A DNA stretch of 64,000 nucleotides from Ruditapes philippinarum (taxonomy: Eukaryota), in contig NW_026860937.1 of NCBI RefSeq assembly GCF_026571515.1, positions 1 through 64,000 of the forward strand, read 5' to 3'. Below are positions 40,197 through 52,670 of the stretch, one piece after another; the stretch's first letter is position 1; each line of letters begins with the position of its first letter. The notes beneath the pieces were generated by a model. It did no database searches and was not told the DNA's origin. It saw only the letters and a list, made by a program, of their open reading frames with translations. A program made the position numbers and the translations under genes.

Positions 40197-41620
40197 AAAG
40201 CTCCTTCGTTTTTTCCCATTTGACATCATTGTTTTTCATTTCAAATGGGTTTTTATTTGTTATTTTTCCCATTTCATATGGGGTTTTTATTTGTTATTTT
40301 TTCCCCATTTGAAATGGGTATTTTTTACGAATCAAAGAAGAAAATCGAAATATCTAGTTAAATATATTTTAGATAACTAGAAAATATGTGTTTGTAATTT
40401 TCTTTTTCTCCTATCCCCGTTTCTTAATTCTGTTAAAATTGTTTCAATTTTTATATTTGTTGACGGATTTGATTCATACGGGAACAAAACAAAAATTCAA
40501 TACCAGTGACCACAAACCAACAAGTTAATTAATTCAAATATGACATTGGCCTTTAAATAACCTTGGCCGTCTAGGTGAAATTATTGAGAGTTGCTTAAAA
40601 ATCGGAAAAAAACTCATACCTCTCTTATTTATTTACTGATTTAATTTATTCTTGGATAAAACGACATTTATGACACAACCGACATGATAAATAATTTTGC
40701 TATGAATTGACCTGAAATGACCTTGAGGGTCATGGTCAACGTACATCGTGTATTGAATTTTGCTTAAATTGTGATAGCTTTGCTATTAATTTACAGACAA
40801 TATTCATAATATTGGACTAAATGACAGCCATATCATAACTGACATATTGAATAATTCAAATATGACTGACATTAAAAGTTTAAACATAAAAGTGACCTTG
40901 ATGTCCATGGTTAAGTTGTTGAATTTTACTCAAATAACTAGTGATGTTCCGATTGTCGCAAGTCGCCGATTATCACTTACTGTTATGTAAAACGACAATA
41001 ATCGATTCACAAAAGTTTGTTCCGCGACGTCGTGAAAAATGTTTTAATTATCAAAGGGAATTTAATTCTGACGGTAATTTTCCTTTAGGAACACCTCGCG
41101 GATCGAAAAAAATCACTCAGAGACAATTTGGAGTTGAACAGGATCAATAAGTGATGTAAAACAAAAGAAATATAATGTGATGAAAATGGTATTATTTGAT
41201 ATCTATTGAAAAATAAAATCTATTTCGTAAAATTATGACTTTATAAGGTTAAAACTGTGTTGAAAAGTGCTAAATGAAGTTCATGTTATTAAATATAATC
41301 AAGTGCCTTGGTAAGAAATGTTACTTCCCTATTATTTTTTAACGCGACTTTATTCGAAAGTTATCAATTATGTCCCATCCGACTGAACCGATTATCGATT
41401 GGGACAAATTTCATCCGATTTCCATCACTACAAATAACTACCATAACTGTGTTAATAATGGACATTGGTTCATACATTGAAAAGCAACTCTAACAACTCT
41501 GTCTAATGACCGTGAACAAAAACATACAAAAATATTCAAGTATGGCTTTGATCTGTAAATTCATGTTAAATATTCAATTTTACACATTTGTTGTGCATTC
41601 TGATTTATATTACAAAAAAG

Positions 41621-42690
41621 TTATGTAATTTTGACTCTGTGTGTAAGTATGGTAATATAAGCCGTGTGAGAAGTGCTTTGTAAGAAATGTCAGCTGTGTG
41701 AAAATGCTCTGTGAGTCATGTCGACTGAGTAGTGCTCAGTGAGTAATATTAGCTGTGTGAGTAGTGAAAGCTGTGTGAATTATGTTTGTTAGCTGTGAGA
41801 GTTATGTCAGCCGAGTGAGTCATGTCAGATGTATGAGAAATGTCAGCTGTGTGAGTCATGTAAGCTCTATGAGAAATGTAAGCTGTGTGAGTGATGTAAG
41901 CTGTGTGAATAATGTTAGCAGTGTGAGTATTGTTAGCTGTGTCATGTAAGATGTGTTGAGTAATGTTAGCTGTGTGAGTAATGTTAGCTGTAATAGTAAT
42001 GTTAGCTGTGTGAGAGTGAGTAATGTTAGCTGAGTGAGTAATATTAGCTGTGTGAGTTATGTTAGCTGTATGAGTAATATTAGCTGTAAGAGTAATGTTA
42101 GCTGTAAGAGTAATGTTAGCTGTAAGAGTAATGTTAGCTGTAAGAGTAATGTTAGCTGTAAGAGTAATGTAAGCTGTAAGAGTAATGTTAGCTGTGTGAG
42201 TTATGTTAGCTGTGTGAGTTATGTTAGCTGTAAGAGTAATGTTAGCTGTAAGAGTAATGTTAGCTGTAAGAGTAATGTTAGCTGTGTGAGTAGCGTCAGC
42301 TGTTTGCATGGGTAATTTACGCAGTGTAAAAATGCTCTATGAGTCCAAATGACTTTGAATATAGTGTTCTGTGAGTAATGATGACTGCTTTAGTAGAGCT
42401 CTGTGAGTAATGCTACCTGTGTGAGGAATGCTCTGTTAATCATGTAAACTGTGTAAGTAGAGCTATGTGAGTTAAGTTCATTGTGTATGTGTGTAGTGTT
42501 CTGTGAGCAATGTTAGCTCTGCGTGTTGTGATGCGCTCTGGGAGTCCTGTTGACTTTCTTCATAATGCTCTGCGAGTTATATTGACTGTGAGTAATGATA
42601 GGTCTGTGTTGTGCTGCGCTTTCTGAGTAATGTTAGCTGTGTGTGTTGAGCTCTGGGTAATGCTGACTGTATGAGAAGTGCCATAAAAGT
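41621..42690. repeat. Minisatellite related to the 32.7-35.0 kb array, with an 18-bp homogenised core
   Basis: GAGTAATGTTAGCTGTAA/GT units at ~41960-42290 flanked by degenerate ~30-bp units; followed by the same TTACAATATAGACAACATTACA tag (42802, compare 35068). Confidence 0.85.
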
Positions 42691-43900
42691 GGTTATGCAA
42701 TTGAATTTTAACACCATAGATCTACGTGCTATAGCTGTTAATTGAACGTTTTTAAATGCGTTGTTAGACAATTAGTAACATGCGGGTCCTTGCTCCATGC
42801 GTTACAATATAGACAACATTACAGAAACAACGGTCAGCCATGAGTAATGTAAAGGTTTCAAGCAGTACTCACTAAGTATTGTTCAGTAATATGTCAAGCT
42901 TGTAAGTCTAAGTTATAAAAACACCCGCAAGTTGCCAAAAAGTCTTAATTGAAAATGTAACGTTGCTTTGATTGAGTCTGTTCATGGACAGTAGTGTTAA
43001 TTTCAGTCTACCGTTCACGCTTCCTAGCGCCGGCTTAAGCAAAATTCAACATTTAATGAAAAGACGTCACGGTTTTCAAAATATTGTTTAATGATTATAT
43101 AAACATTACAACAAAAGTACAGGTTCAGTATGAATCATATCACAACAGTTTAACAATGTCATTGCTCACACACACAAATATTGCATATTATTTATCACTT
43201 ATGATCCAAAATCAACTTTAGATTGCACAAAGGCTTTGTTTCATAGTTTTTTTACCTTCATGATAATTGACTATATGACCTTAGCCTCAAAGTGAAGAAA
43301 ATACTTTAGTCATTACAATACTTTTTTGATAAAGTTTGAAAAAAGTGCTTTATCTGAAGCAATTTTTTAACTCATCAGCTAAAAACGTGAAAAAGAAATA
43401 CAGAAATTTGCACCCTGGCAAAACATTCAATTGTTATAAAAATTGATTAATCAGATCAGCAGTTAAAACATCATATTATAATATATGAGTTTTGATTGAA
43501 AAGATTTGGTGATTAATTCCCACAGACAACTTAAGATTTCTTATTGAAATATGCAGCCATCTGTTTTTATCAAAATACTAAAATAATATAGTAAATAAAA
43601 ATAATTATTGAAATTTGTTTATATATTCTGGCTCAGAATTCTAAAAATAAAATAGACGCTAACGATTTCAACTTTAATCTGTCACTATCAGAAAAATAGA
43701 GAATATTTTGTCTCTTAAAATTAGAAAAATATATGTGGAAGAAAAAGTAAAAACAATTAGAGGAGAGAATTAACATGAATACATAAGCATTATCTTAAAA
43801 AATTACATTTGTCGTTATCACATATATCACATATAAAGCGTAAATATGCCTCTAATAGGCCTCTCTCCAAATTACAGTCAAAGAACATTAAGTATCAGAT

Positions 43901-46900
43901 TTAAATTTCCGGATTTAGTGACGGTAAGAGAAGAGTAACAGTTTTTGTATCAGGGTCATAGTAAGCTGGTGTCAGAAACCCATGTTCCTCGCCTAAACTA
44001 TTCAAAGTTGAGTCCAAGTCAAATGTTTCTGTATCAAACACATCGATATCGTCGTCTCCAAAATTTATATCTCTCTCGCCATAGTCAATTTCTTCCGTTT
44101 CACCGGAAGAAAGTAAAGTTTTACTGAATACAGAATTAAGTTCATCGTCGTCGTCATCTTTATCCACAGGACATGCAAACATCAGGGAACTTTGTGAGTC
44201 GCAAATTTCTTGAGATAATTGGTCGAATGTTTCAAGACACTTGAAATGTTCATTTTGCTTCTCAATTTTCTTGTTTGTCACAGTCTTGTTGCAAGGGTTC
44301 GGGACAAATAAAATCTGGTTAGACAATGACGTGTGGACTTTCAGCGGAAAAGGTTGTGAAGCGTTTGTCTGACCGTTGTTGTCACCGGCATTATTGATGG
44401 TAATTTTATCTTTGAAAGGTCGGCATATCGTGATTGAATGAGTTTTTCTTGGCCTGGAAACAGAAGAAAATGAAAACATTTTGTGAAAAGTATCAAGAAT
44501 GTCAATTTAAGATAGACATTCCATATGACATCTTAAAAACAATTGTTATAAGCAGAACCTGATTAAAGATCATAAAACACTACATGCAAATATTAGATGA
44601 AAATAGTATAATTACTTGGCAATGTTCAAATAATTACCTTAAACGTGTTATTTGATAGTTTCATAACTTATTTAAAATGACATTCATGGATATTTTAGCA
44701 TATTATCAAAACAGCTTAAATCCCCGCGTTCAGAAAAAAATAACTTTATACACGTTCCATTGATTAGTGTAAAATAAAGTGTGTTTCTTAGAAACTAAGA
44801 TTTTTGCACTTGAACATTGGCCTTCAGTTGATAAAGTAACAACTACAATGTAGTTGAAAACGGTTTTCAGTATAAAAGCTAAAAATACCGTTTATACCCA
44901 TATGACCATTTAGTTGTTAAAGAATGAATTAATGGAAAGTGTGACTCGCATTTATAGTTCTATGGATATTTTGTTTTTCTAAAGGTTTTTTATACAAATA
45001 GCCTGTGAATGCAATCAACAGAGTAAATGTTAAGTTTCTATGTGCACCAAATTGTAAATTGTGATTATATTGAGATTTAGATTTAAGATTAGACTTAAAA
45101 TAATCGAAGTAAATATAATCAATATAATTTTTCGTAACTTTAATTATAGTTTCAATAAGAATATTCATTTTTATAATTATTCAATTACGGTTTTTTTATT
45201 TACTGCACATTATTATTATTTTATTTTGCCGTAGTGGTTGTACTCGTAATTGTGCACTATAATTACATGGTGTATTGCCTAACCTAACCGGCAATGATTA
45301 TCAGAACTGGACTTTGTTTGTTTGTTTGTTTCATTTTACGCCTTTTCCCAACAGTATTTCAGTCATATAGACGGGTAGTTTCCTAACCATCGTTCCTGGA
45401 GAGTTACTGGATAAGAAGTCATCGACTCTAACCCCTCGACCACGGAGGCGGTAGAACTGGACTTAAAAGTCAAAAGTCAGATGAGAGCGGTGGACGTGAG
45501 ATAGTGGCGCTGTTGTTATAAATATCTAGTTCATCACCCTGACAATGCTGACCATTAATGGTAATGCTTCAGAGAAATTAAAATTATTCATTACAGATAA
45601 CAATGCTTTAAATCTGATTGATTTTTATTTTGGTCAGATCAACAATCTACATCTATCTACATTATACTGCTAAACAATCAATTCTGATTATTAATTTCAA
45701 CAGAAATCTAACATTTTTTTCAAATCCTGAGCTAAATGGATAACAGGATTCACTTACTCACCGTTTAAAAGGCGGGGTGTCGTCTTCATCCGTCATAGCT
45801 GTTAGAATGTCCGCCACCTGGTGGTGAAGCTTTGTTGGACTCATCCGCTGCATGTCACACATTGATACCCGAGGATTGAGGTACACCGTTGTGATTTTCG
45901 ATTTTGTCTTCTGCAATGGCTCTATTGGAACGCCATACTTGATCACAGGCTGTGCTGGAAATTTAAGTAAGGGGTGTGACTCATCAACTGTAAAAGAAGA
46001 AAACAAATATACACACTGTGATATTTTTGTTGAAATAAAAAAAAAATAACACCAATCATACTACATCTACAATGTATAAAAATGAAAATACGAATTCCAT
46101 GTACTGTAATTATACAGGGTGTTTGTCTTCAATTACGGAGGTCGTTCATACATGTATCATATGTAGTCCTCTACCACTCTGAAAAAGCTTTAAAATCCTA
46201 GTTTCCCCATAAAATAGAGTTTACAAAAACTTTTTTCTTCCACTTTTGCAAAACTATAATAATCATGCTACTTTTTCCTTTAGGTTAACGGAAGGGCCCA
46301 TTCCCTCATCTGTCAAAAAAAAAGACCTGTAACTGTTATGTGCATTCTCGAAGCATTAAGAATCAAAGCACAGAAGGCGCTGAATTTGTTTGGGTCTCAG
46401 AATGTCAGAAAGGTGATGGTTGTGAGATTATAAACCAATTTCTTTTGTGGTTTGCCAGCAATGCTGTTTCCAGTGTTATAACTGTAGTAAATTGGCTATA
46501 AGGCTAATATCGACATTGATATTCAATGTTTATTTCGCTTAAACAATAAAAAACAAAATATAAAAAAATATAAAAAACTCGAGTTGCCTTAACTGGGATT
46601 TGAACCCAGACCTCTCGTTTCCTGAACGAGCGTGTAGCCCCTGGACCACCGGGAAGTTATAAGAAAACAGCCTGAAGCAAGCCACATTATTCTAAATCAG
46701 GGTTTGTAATCCTTATTTATTTCGAATTGTATTAAAATTGATTATCGATCGTCGACTGCCTAAAGTCGTCCCTGTCCTAGAGTCAACATCCTTACTTTAT
46801 TTTTCAGAAAGTCTAAATAACAAATGTTCATTAAGGGGAACACAATAATCCGAAGCTTTATGGCAATAGCTAAGCAATTTTCATTGATTAAAATGATATT

Positions 46901-49900
46901 CATCGGCGTAACAAATTATTTTAATATAGTAGCAGAAATGTTAAAGAATTACACAATATTAGAAATCTTCGACCAATCTGGAACTATTTTTTTCTTCTCT
47001 GAGAAGGTTTAAAAATTAATGAGCCTGTCATTTGACAATCTTTACAAAGTGATTTTTTCGGCGTTAGTGTACTTATCAAGGGAAGTAACCGCTTCGAGGA
47101 GCTCGTGACAGACTACTTACGAAGCTTGCAGTCTGAAATTTCGCTACCATTATTTGTTTGGTCCAAACGACGACCCAAACAAATAAAAATTGCTCATCTC
47201 CCGTAAAACATTAGTTAAAGGGGCTCCACTGCGGCTTTTTGACATAACGGGGCTGAAAAATATTGTTTTCCGAGATTTGTGTAGCAATTGATTTAGGTCT
47301 TATCCAATAACTTGTGTGCAAAATTTTAGCTCATTCCCTTATCTTGGCTGTGTTTCCAGAGTAATCATTTTATTGTAAAAACTAGCCCAAAAAGTCGGCT
47401 AATAATCGCATATAAAATTGATTTTCAATTTAATTCTAAATATATTTCTTTGTTATCCTTCGCAAATTTTACAATTTTAAGTGCATCACTTGATATTTAA
47501 TCATAAGTTTTTCATATTTATATTTTTAATGCCTTTATACCTCAGTGGAGTTCCTTTAATGACTGATTGTGTGTACTTGGCGAATATGTTATCAAATAAA
47601 TAAATAAATAAATAAATAAGTATGATCCTGTTAGTAATAAGTTACAATAAGAAATAAATAGAGTACATTGTATATATCTTTGTATTACCTTCCTTTTGGG
47701 CTTGCTTGTTTAAGATATGATTCTCGATTTGTAGATCCTCCAGTTTACCCTGAAATATAAATAGTAAATAATGTATGAAAAACATGACACCGACAGAACA
47801 AAAATACGTGCCGCAAAATATTATACACCAGTCATAATAGTATTATGCTTAAGCCAAAGGTCCTACTGGTTAGCGGCGTAACTTCAAGATGTCCATGTTT
47901 CCTCATATGACACAGACTGGTGAGTGGTTCCGGTGGACTACTTAATTGTAAGCTCTTCAAAATCGAACGTAAATAAAATACGGTTTAAAGTTTAAGGTAT
48001 TAGCACCCTAATGCATTACCTCCGCTTTGAAGAGTATTCAAATAGGCTAGAATTACTGTTAACTACATTGAAAATGAGGGCCATGGGTTCAATCCCCAGG
48101 TCAACTTTTTTTTTCTTTCTTTTTTTCTTTTAACATTATTTATGTATCTCTCATGTCCCATATGGAAAGAAAAAAGTGTTTAATTTTGAATTTTTAATTT
48201 ATATAGGTATTTATTGGCTAAATTATGCTAAATCTAGTAATAAATATGGTACCTGATATTTTCAAAAGATAATATAATCAAAACTAGACGGTAAAAGTTT
48301 TTTATATTTTACAAGATCAACCAATATCCTTTTTTAAAAATTTAGGGAAACTTTGAAAACAGGCACTCATTTGGGTAAATTTTAAGAATTTTTTGAATTA
48401 GGCTCCTAAAGTAGAAAAATGGTCAGACATGAGGTAAAAATGGGTGGGGCAGGGTAACATTTTTATACAGATTTCATAAATTTTAAGTAGAAACCATAAT
48501 TTTGCTTATGTGGATTGTTAGCTGAAGGGTACTATTTGTTTCGTACCAAAAATTCATGGGAAAACATTTTTCATTAGAATGTTATTGCAGATTATTTAAA
48601 GGTTCCTCATTTCTAAAAAAAGGGCCCTCATAACATCCTAGCTTGAGTTCAGAAAAGTGGCCATAACTTGATTTCCGTACGGTAAACTTTGTTTAAATTT
48701 TGCATACAGGTGTACTTTAAGGTATACATCTGACCTATGATGTCAATTCTTATTAGTTCCTGATAGTGCCCATTAGGGTCCTAATACCTTAAACTACAAT
48801 GTTTCTATGTTGGATAAACAAACAAAAAATCTGACAATTGTGTAAAATCTGCATTAATACTTTGGAAGACGTCTTACGTCTTGACTTCCTATCTACAACT
48901 AACAAAAAACCTTAATCAATTGTCATTGTAACTAAAATGTTATGTTCTAAAACTTTTATATCTTTCGTTCTAATCCATTTCATCATTGTATATATTGAAT
49001 GATTGTATATTATGTACTGTGTATGATTATGAATAAAATATGTTTAAACTAAAACTTCTGGTCAGCAGTTACCATAAAAATACTGTTGCTCAAATGTGAA
49101 ATTAAGGATACTTGTTTTCCAAATTCATGTTTGACTAGATTCTGCGTGACTCACGCAGATCTATATACAACTTTAGTTTAACGCGGCATCATCGATTGGA
49201 TCGGAACAAAAGCTCATTTTTTTATTTTTATTTTTTTTTTTTTTTTAGATTTAATTTTCAATTTTTGTATCCTATCTTTTATACTTGTTTTTTTTTTTCA
49301 TATAGGCATTAGGCAGTAAATTAAATAGCTAATAAAGTCTTCAAAAGAATGGTTATCAGGATCGCATTTAACGATATTTGACGACGCGTTTTACTCAAGA
49401 CATTGACGTCGTTACTAAGCCACGTTGTCGTTGCCGCCAAAGCATTAGCAGCAGAGATTATTCAATTAGCAGTTTACAGCGATATTTAACGATTTTATTC
49501 AGTTATGGAGGAAGAATATGTACCGAAAGTATTTATCCAGATAAAAGATGTAGGGTGAAGAAGTAAGTGAAATTTCAATTATTTCATCAGCTTTGTAAGA
49601 AAAGAGAAAAATCTTTAAACAAATCGCCTTATTTAGAGCCTCTTAAACTACATTACTTTCTGCATAATCCCTAATACTATGATAAATATATTAGATCTTA
49701 ATGAATTTTAAAAAGCCTTAAATTTAAGGGGGACAAAAATCACTTAAAGTGACTCCGCTGAGTTTCAAAAGCCTAAAATCATAACATTTGAATTTCTTAC
49801 ATAAATGAGCTGACTTTGAAATAAATTTAAAATCGTATTTTTATGCTCTTCGTCTTAACCCGATTTGAGTGAACAGCGTTTAAACGCTTTTCATTTTGGG

Positions 49901-51503
49901 TCATTTTTTACAATTTGAATAATTATTCTGAAAAAAAACCGAAGTGCGCGAATGATCTGAATTTTTGCACAAAGATAAGTGGTCTGAACCTACATCAAAT
50001 GGTACATTTATCAGGAAAAATCTTTTCAGTCCCATCATGTCACAAAAACCTCAGTGTAGTCCCTTTAAAGTATCATATTCTTACTGCTTACTAACTTTGA
50101 CAGAACATACTGGCATGTGAGAAAGGATTGAAAACCTAACTACATGTATGTAAATAGCAAAAATCAACAAACAAGAGCTAGGTTTGCTTGATTCAGTAAT
50201 AACATTTTTATACCGCCTCCGTGGTCGAGGGGTTAGAGTCGATGACTTCTAATCCAGTGGCCTCTCTGGCGTGGGTTAGATCCCCCGGGAGATGCTTTGG
50301 TAGTTTAGCACGGAGGAAGGTAGTCTTAGTACTGGTGTAACTCTCCAGGAAGATGGTTAGGAAACTACCCGCCTATATGACTGAAATACTGTTGGGAAAA
50401 GACGTAAAATGAAACAAACAAACAATCTCGTCTGAATTTTCAGAAAATTTTAGATGTTTTCATTATTAAGTCGACTTTCCAGGAATACCTGAGGCACAAT
50501 GGGCACTAGACTCAATAGTTCGATTAATTATCACAGGAACTTAAAATTCTATCAATATTAATGATAATATCCAAAATATGTATACAGTGTACACCCTATA
50601 CAGTATAAATAAACAATTATTGGGCTAGAACGGGCACAGGTCTGAGTACAACCATCGACGTTCTGTAAGCTACTGCAATCGCAACTAATCGGCCCTTTCC
50701 GTCAGTCTTCGGATAAGGACTAAAAAGTAGTATTATAGATAATAGCCGAGGCAGACCTTTCCGAATGCTACTGTAGCTGGATAGCTTGAAAGTCTTCCTC
50801 ACGTGAAAAAATCTTTATCCACTGAGTTTGACTACTCTACAGAATAACAACGGGACAAACTCTCCGTACAGTACCAGTAGCGGTCACTTCCGCTGATCAG
50901 TAAATAACCAGTGGTGAGTGCGCTTTAAATTTGATGAGTTTTGCCGATCCTACAGTCTATAAAATTCAAAAGAAATATAGATAAAATCTACTTCTTTTCA
51001 AAAAGCAATGTGAAATCTAACCAAACACTTAACAGGTTTCTAAATCAGTAGCAAACAGAAATCTAGATAAAACAAAACAATTCTTATCTTACATGTTTTG
51101 CTTCCACTTCTTTTATAGCATTTTCCCTCTGTGTTTTCCGAACTGCCGTGTTCCTAACAACTTCTGATAGAAAATCGGGGTGATCACGTCTGAAAAAGTC
51201 ATGTTTGTAAATAAAAGTAGCACCATCTTGTTGATTTTTCGGGCCATTGGTTGGAATCTTACGAAATCCGTAGATATTTAGCTGTCGAATGAAACTTTGA
51301 AAATTTGACGTCTTGAATAAAGCTCCAGTTTTCAAATATTGATCCTCGAATTTCTTTCTTTCCACAATAATTGAATCTCCGTCTAAATCCCACGAGATAG
51401 CTCCCGATCTGCAGCTGTTTACAATCCTCCATAATTTTGCAGGAAATTTCAAAGTAACGCCATCAATCACTTGCGGTGGAGATTCGGGAAATAGTTCCGT
51501 CAT
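43901..51503 (-). CDS. HSF-type DNA-binding domain protein (HSF5/HSFY-like), 4 exons, 416 aa
   Basis: Exons 51503-51093, 47749-47689, 45987-45762, 44453-43901; GT-AG with phases 0/1/2 compatible, 1251 nt. Exon 1 has FPAKLWRIVN...ISW...FKTSNFQSFIRQLNIYGFRK...YKHDFFRRDHPDFLSEV (HSF DBD). C-terminus is acidic. Confidence 0.85.
45315..45452 (-). mobile_element. tRNA-derived SINE, internally deleted, with a 12-bp TSD
   Basis: Reverse complement matches the head and tail of the SINE at 50212-50425; (AAAC)n tail; TSD AGAACTGGACTT at 45303-45314 and 45453-45464. Confidence 0.85.
46583..46656 (-). pseudogene. tRNA-like sequence (pseudo-tRNA or SINE head)
   Basis: Minus strand has an A-box TGGTCCAGGGG, arm CTCGT-TCAGGAA-ACGAG and T arm CTGGG-TTCAAAT-CCCAG; the acceptor stem does not pair. 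Confidence 0.45.
47219..47555. mobile_element. Kolobok-like MITE (TTAA flanks, AG...CT ends)
   Basis: TTAA|AGGGGCTCCACTGCGG ... CCTCAGTGGAGTTCCT|TTAA. Confidence 0.7.
47996..48788. mobile_element. Kolobok-like MITE (TTAA flanks, GG...CC ends)
   Basis: TTAA|GGTATTAGCACCCTAATG ... CATTAGGGTCCTAATACC|TTAA, 17/18 inverted match. Confidence 0.75.
49370..50185 (+). pseudogene. Decayed third copy of the tandem gene (promoter, exon 1 and exon 7 remnant), antisense in intron 1 of the HSF-like gene
   Basis: Homologous 5' region; ATG at 49505 gives MEEEYVPKVFIQIKDVG-stop, then GTAAGTGAAATTTC; CAG|AACATACTGGCATGTGAGAAAGGATTGA...AACAAACAAGAGCTAG|GTTTG at 50104-50185 resembles exon 7; exons 2-6 are absent. 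Confidence 0.75.
49748..50064. mobile_element. Kolobok-like MITE related to 47219-47555, opposite orientation
   Basis: TTAA|AGTGACTCCGCTGAG ... CTCAGTGTAGTCCCT|TTAA. Confidence 0.65.
50212..50425 (+). mobile_element. tRNA-derived SINE
   Basis: A-box TGGTCGAGGGG, B-box-like GGTTAGATCCC, body, 3' TATATGACTGAAATACTGTTG...CGTAAAA and (AAAC)n tail. Related pieces at 45315-45452 and ~27697-27790. Confidence 0.8.
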
Positions 51504-51629
51504 AACTCATTAACTGATTGGCAAATTACCGTTTTAGAATATTGTTAAGGTGTTCTAGAATGCAAATGCACAAGGAAATATTCCAAGAACGCAAACTTCC
51601 TTCGGACGAGAAACTATTGATATTTACAT

Positions 51630-51673
51630 GTGACGTCACTAGTGACGTAATCGTGAGCATCTAATGACGTCAT
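51630..51673 (-). promoter_or_regulatory. CRE cluster in the proximal promoter of the HSF-like gene
   Basis: TGACGTCA at 51631 and 51665 and TGACGTAA at 51643, 130-170 bp upstream of the ATG; another TGACGTCA at 51895. Confidence 0.6.
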
Positions 51674-52670
51674 AATCTTAAAACTAATTACTCTTGCAGG
51701 TGGGTTGTTCAAATGATGTAGGTTCAATACTATATTTATTGAGTTGAGAAAGATCTAATTTGCGGGCTTCTTATAAAGCTTTACGAATATAATACTCTTA
51801 AAAAAGAAAAGGTTACTGTAAAAGAAAGAGAATTTATGACAGGCTTAAATTAGTTGCCATAACATTTTACACGTATATTTCTGCTCTAGGCATATGACGT
51901 CAAAATATTTAAATTGCACGATGTGTCATATGTAACATAATAACCGAGCCGGAATAGAAAAACGTGTATGTGAAATTAATCTATGCAAACTTATTTTACT
52001 TTCTTTATTTAAAGATCCTAAGAAAAAACAGATGCTAAATGTAAATGACTTATTTTTGTAGTGAGTTTAAGAAATACATTTGTATTGCACATAAGGTGCA
52101 CATTGAGGTGCACTAGAAGTGCACATATATTGAACACTAAGTGCACTTTGTGTAATCTTATGTGTGAACTCAACTGTATCAGGTTATTCAGGTACGTATG
52201 TTAATATACGTACCTGACTGTATATATGAGCATACAGATTTAATGTATTCAAAATTATGATGAGTCATGATCTCAAAAAAAAAATTGTTTCTTTCATTCA
52301 TTGTTGTCTTTTTTTAGGGGAGAGAACGAGTGGGGTGATAAACTTTATTTGATTTCATTCCATATCATCCATTTTGCTTATGTTTTATGAGTAGAGGTTA
52401 ATGTATGGTGTAAGACCTGTATTTAAGACCTTTAAACAGTTATACTTATTCTCGCAAATCTGAGACCTTAATCTTTTTGATGGCTGCATGCATATACAAT
52501 CACGAACTTTAATTTGTAATTTAAGTTCGTGATACCATAAAGTTAGAATGACAGTTTTTTTAACAAATGAATGAAATAAATTCCTATCATTACAGTAATA
52601 ATATAACTAATACAAAGCAGCATCAGAAATTTTAAGAAATATTTTCAAAGTACATATTTAACTACATGTA

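Noticed and set aside
41749-42315. TANITL/TANITH repeat ORF resembling an ice-binding or beta-solenoid protein, and its SCKSNV antisense ORF
   Set aside because: An 18-bp minisatellite is open by default; the related array at 32.7-35 kb has no equivalent frame and there are no supporting gene signals.
46583-46656. Functional tRNA-Pro(AGG) gene
   Set aside because: Acceptor stem cannot pair and the anticodon loop lacks U33.
50620-50950. Higher-GC stretch with small hairpins, possible SINE or ncRNA
   Set aside because: No clear A/B boxes, TSD or second copy in the window; could not be classified.
51551-51562. TTCTAGAA as an autoregulatory heat-shock element
   Set aside because: Only two nGAAn units; common by chance in AT-rich DNA.
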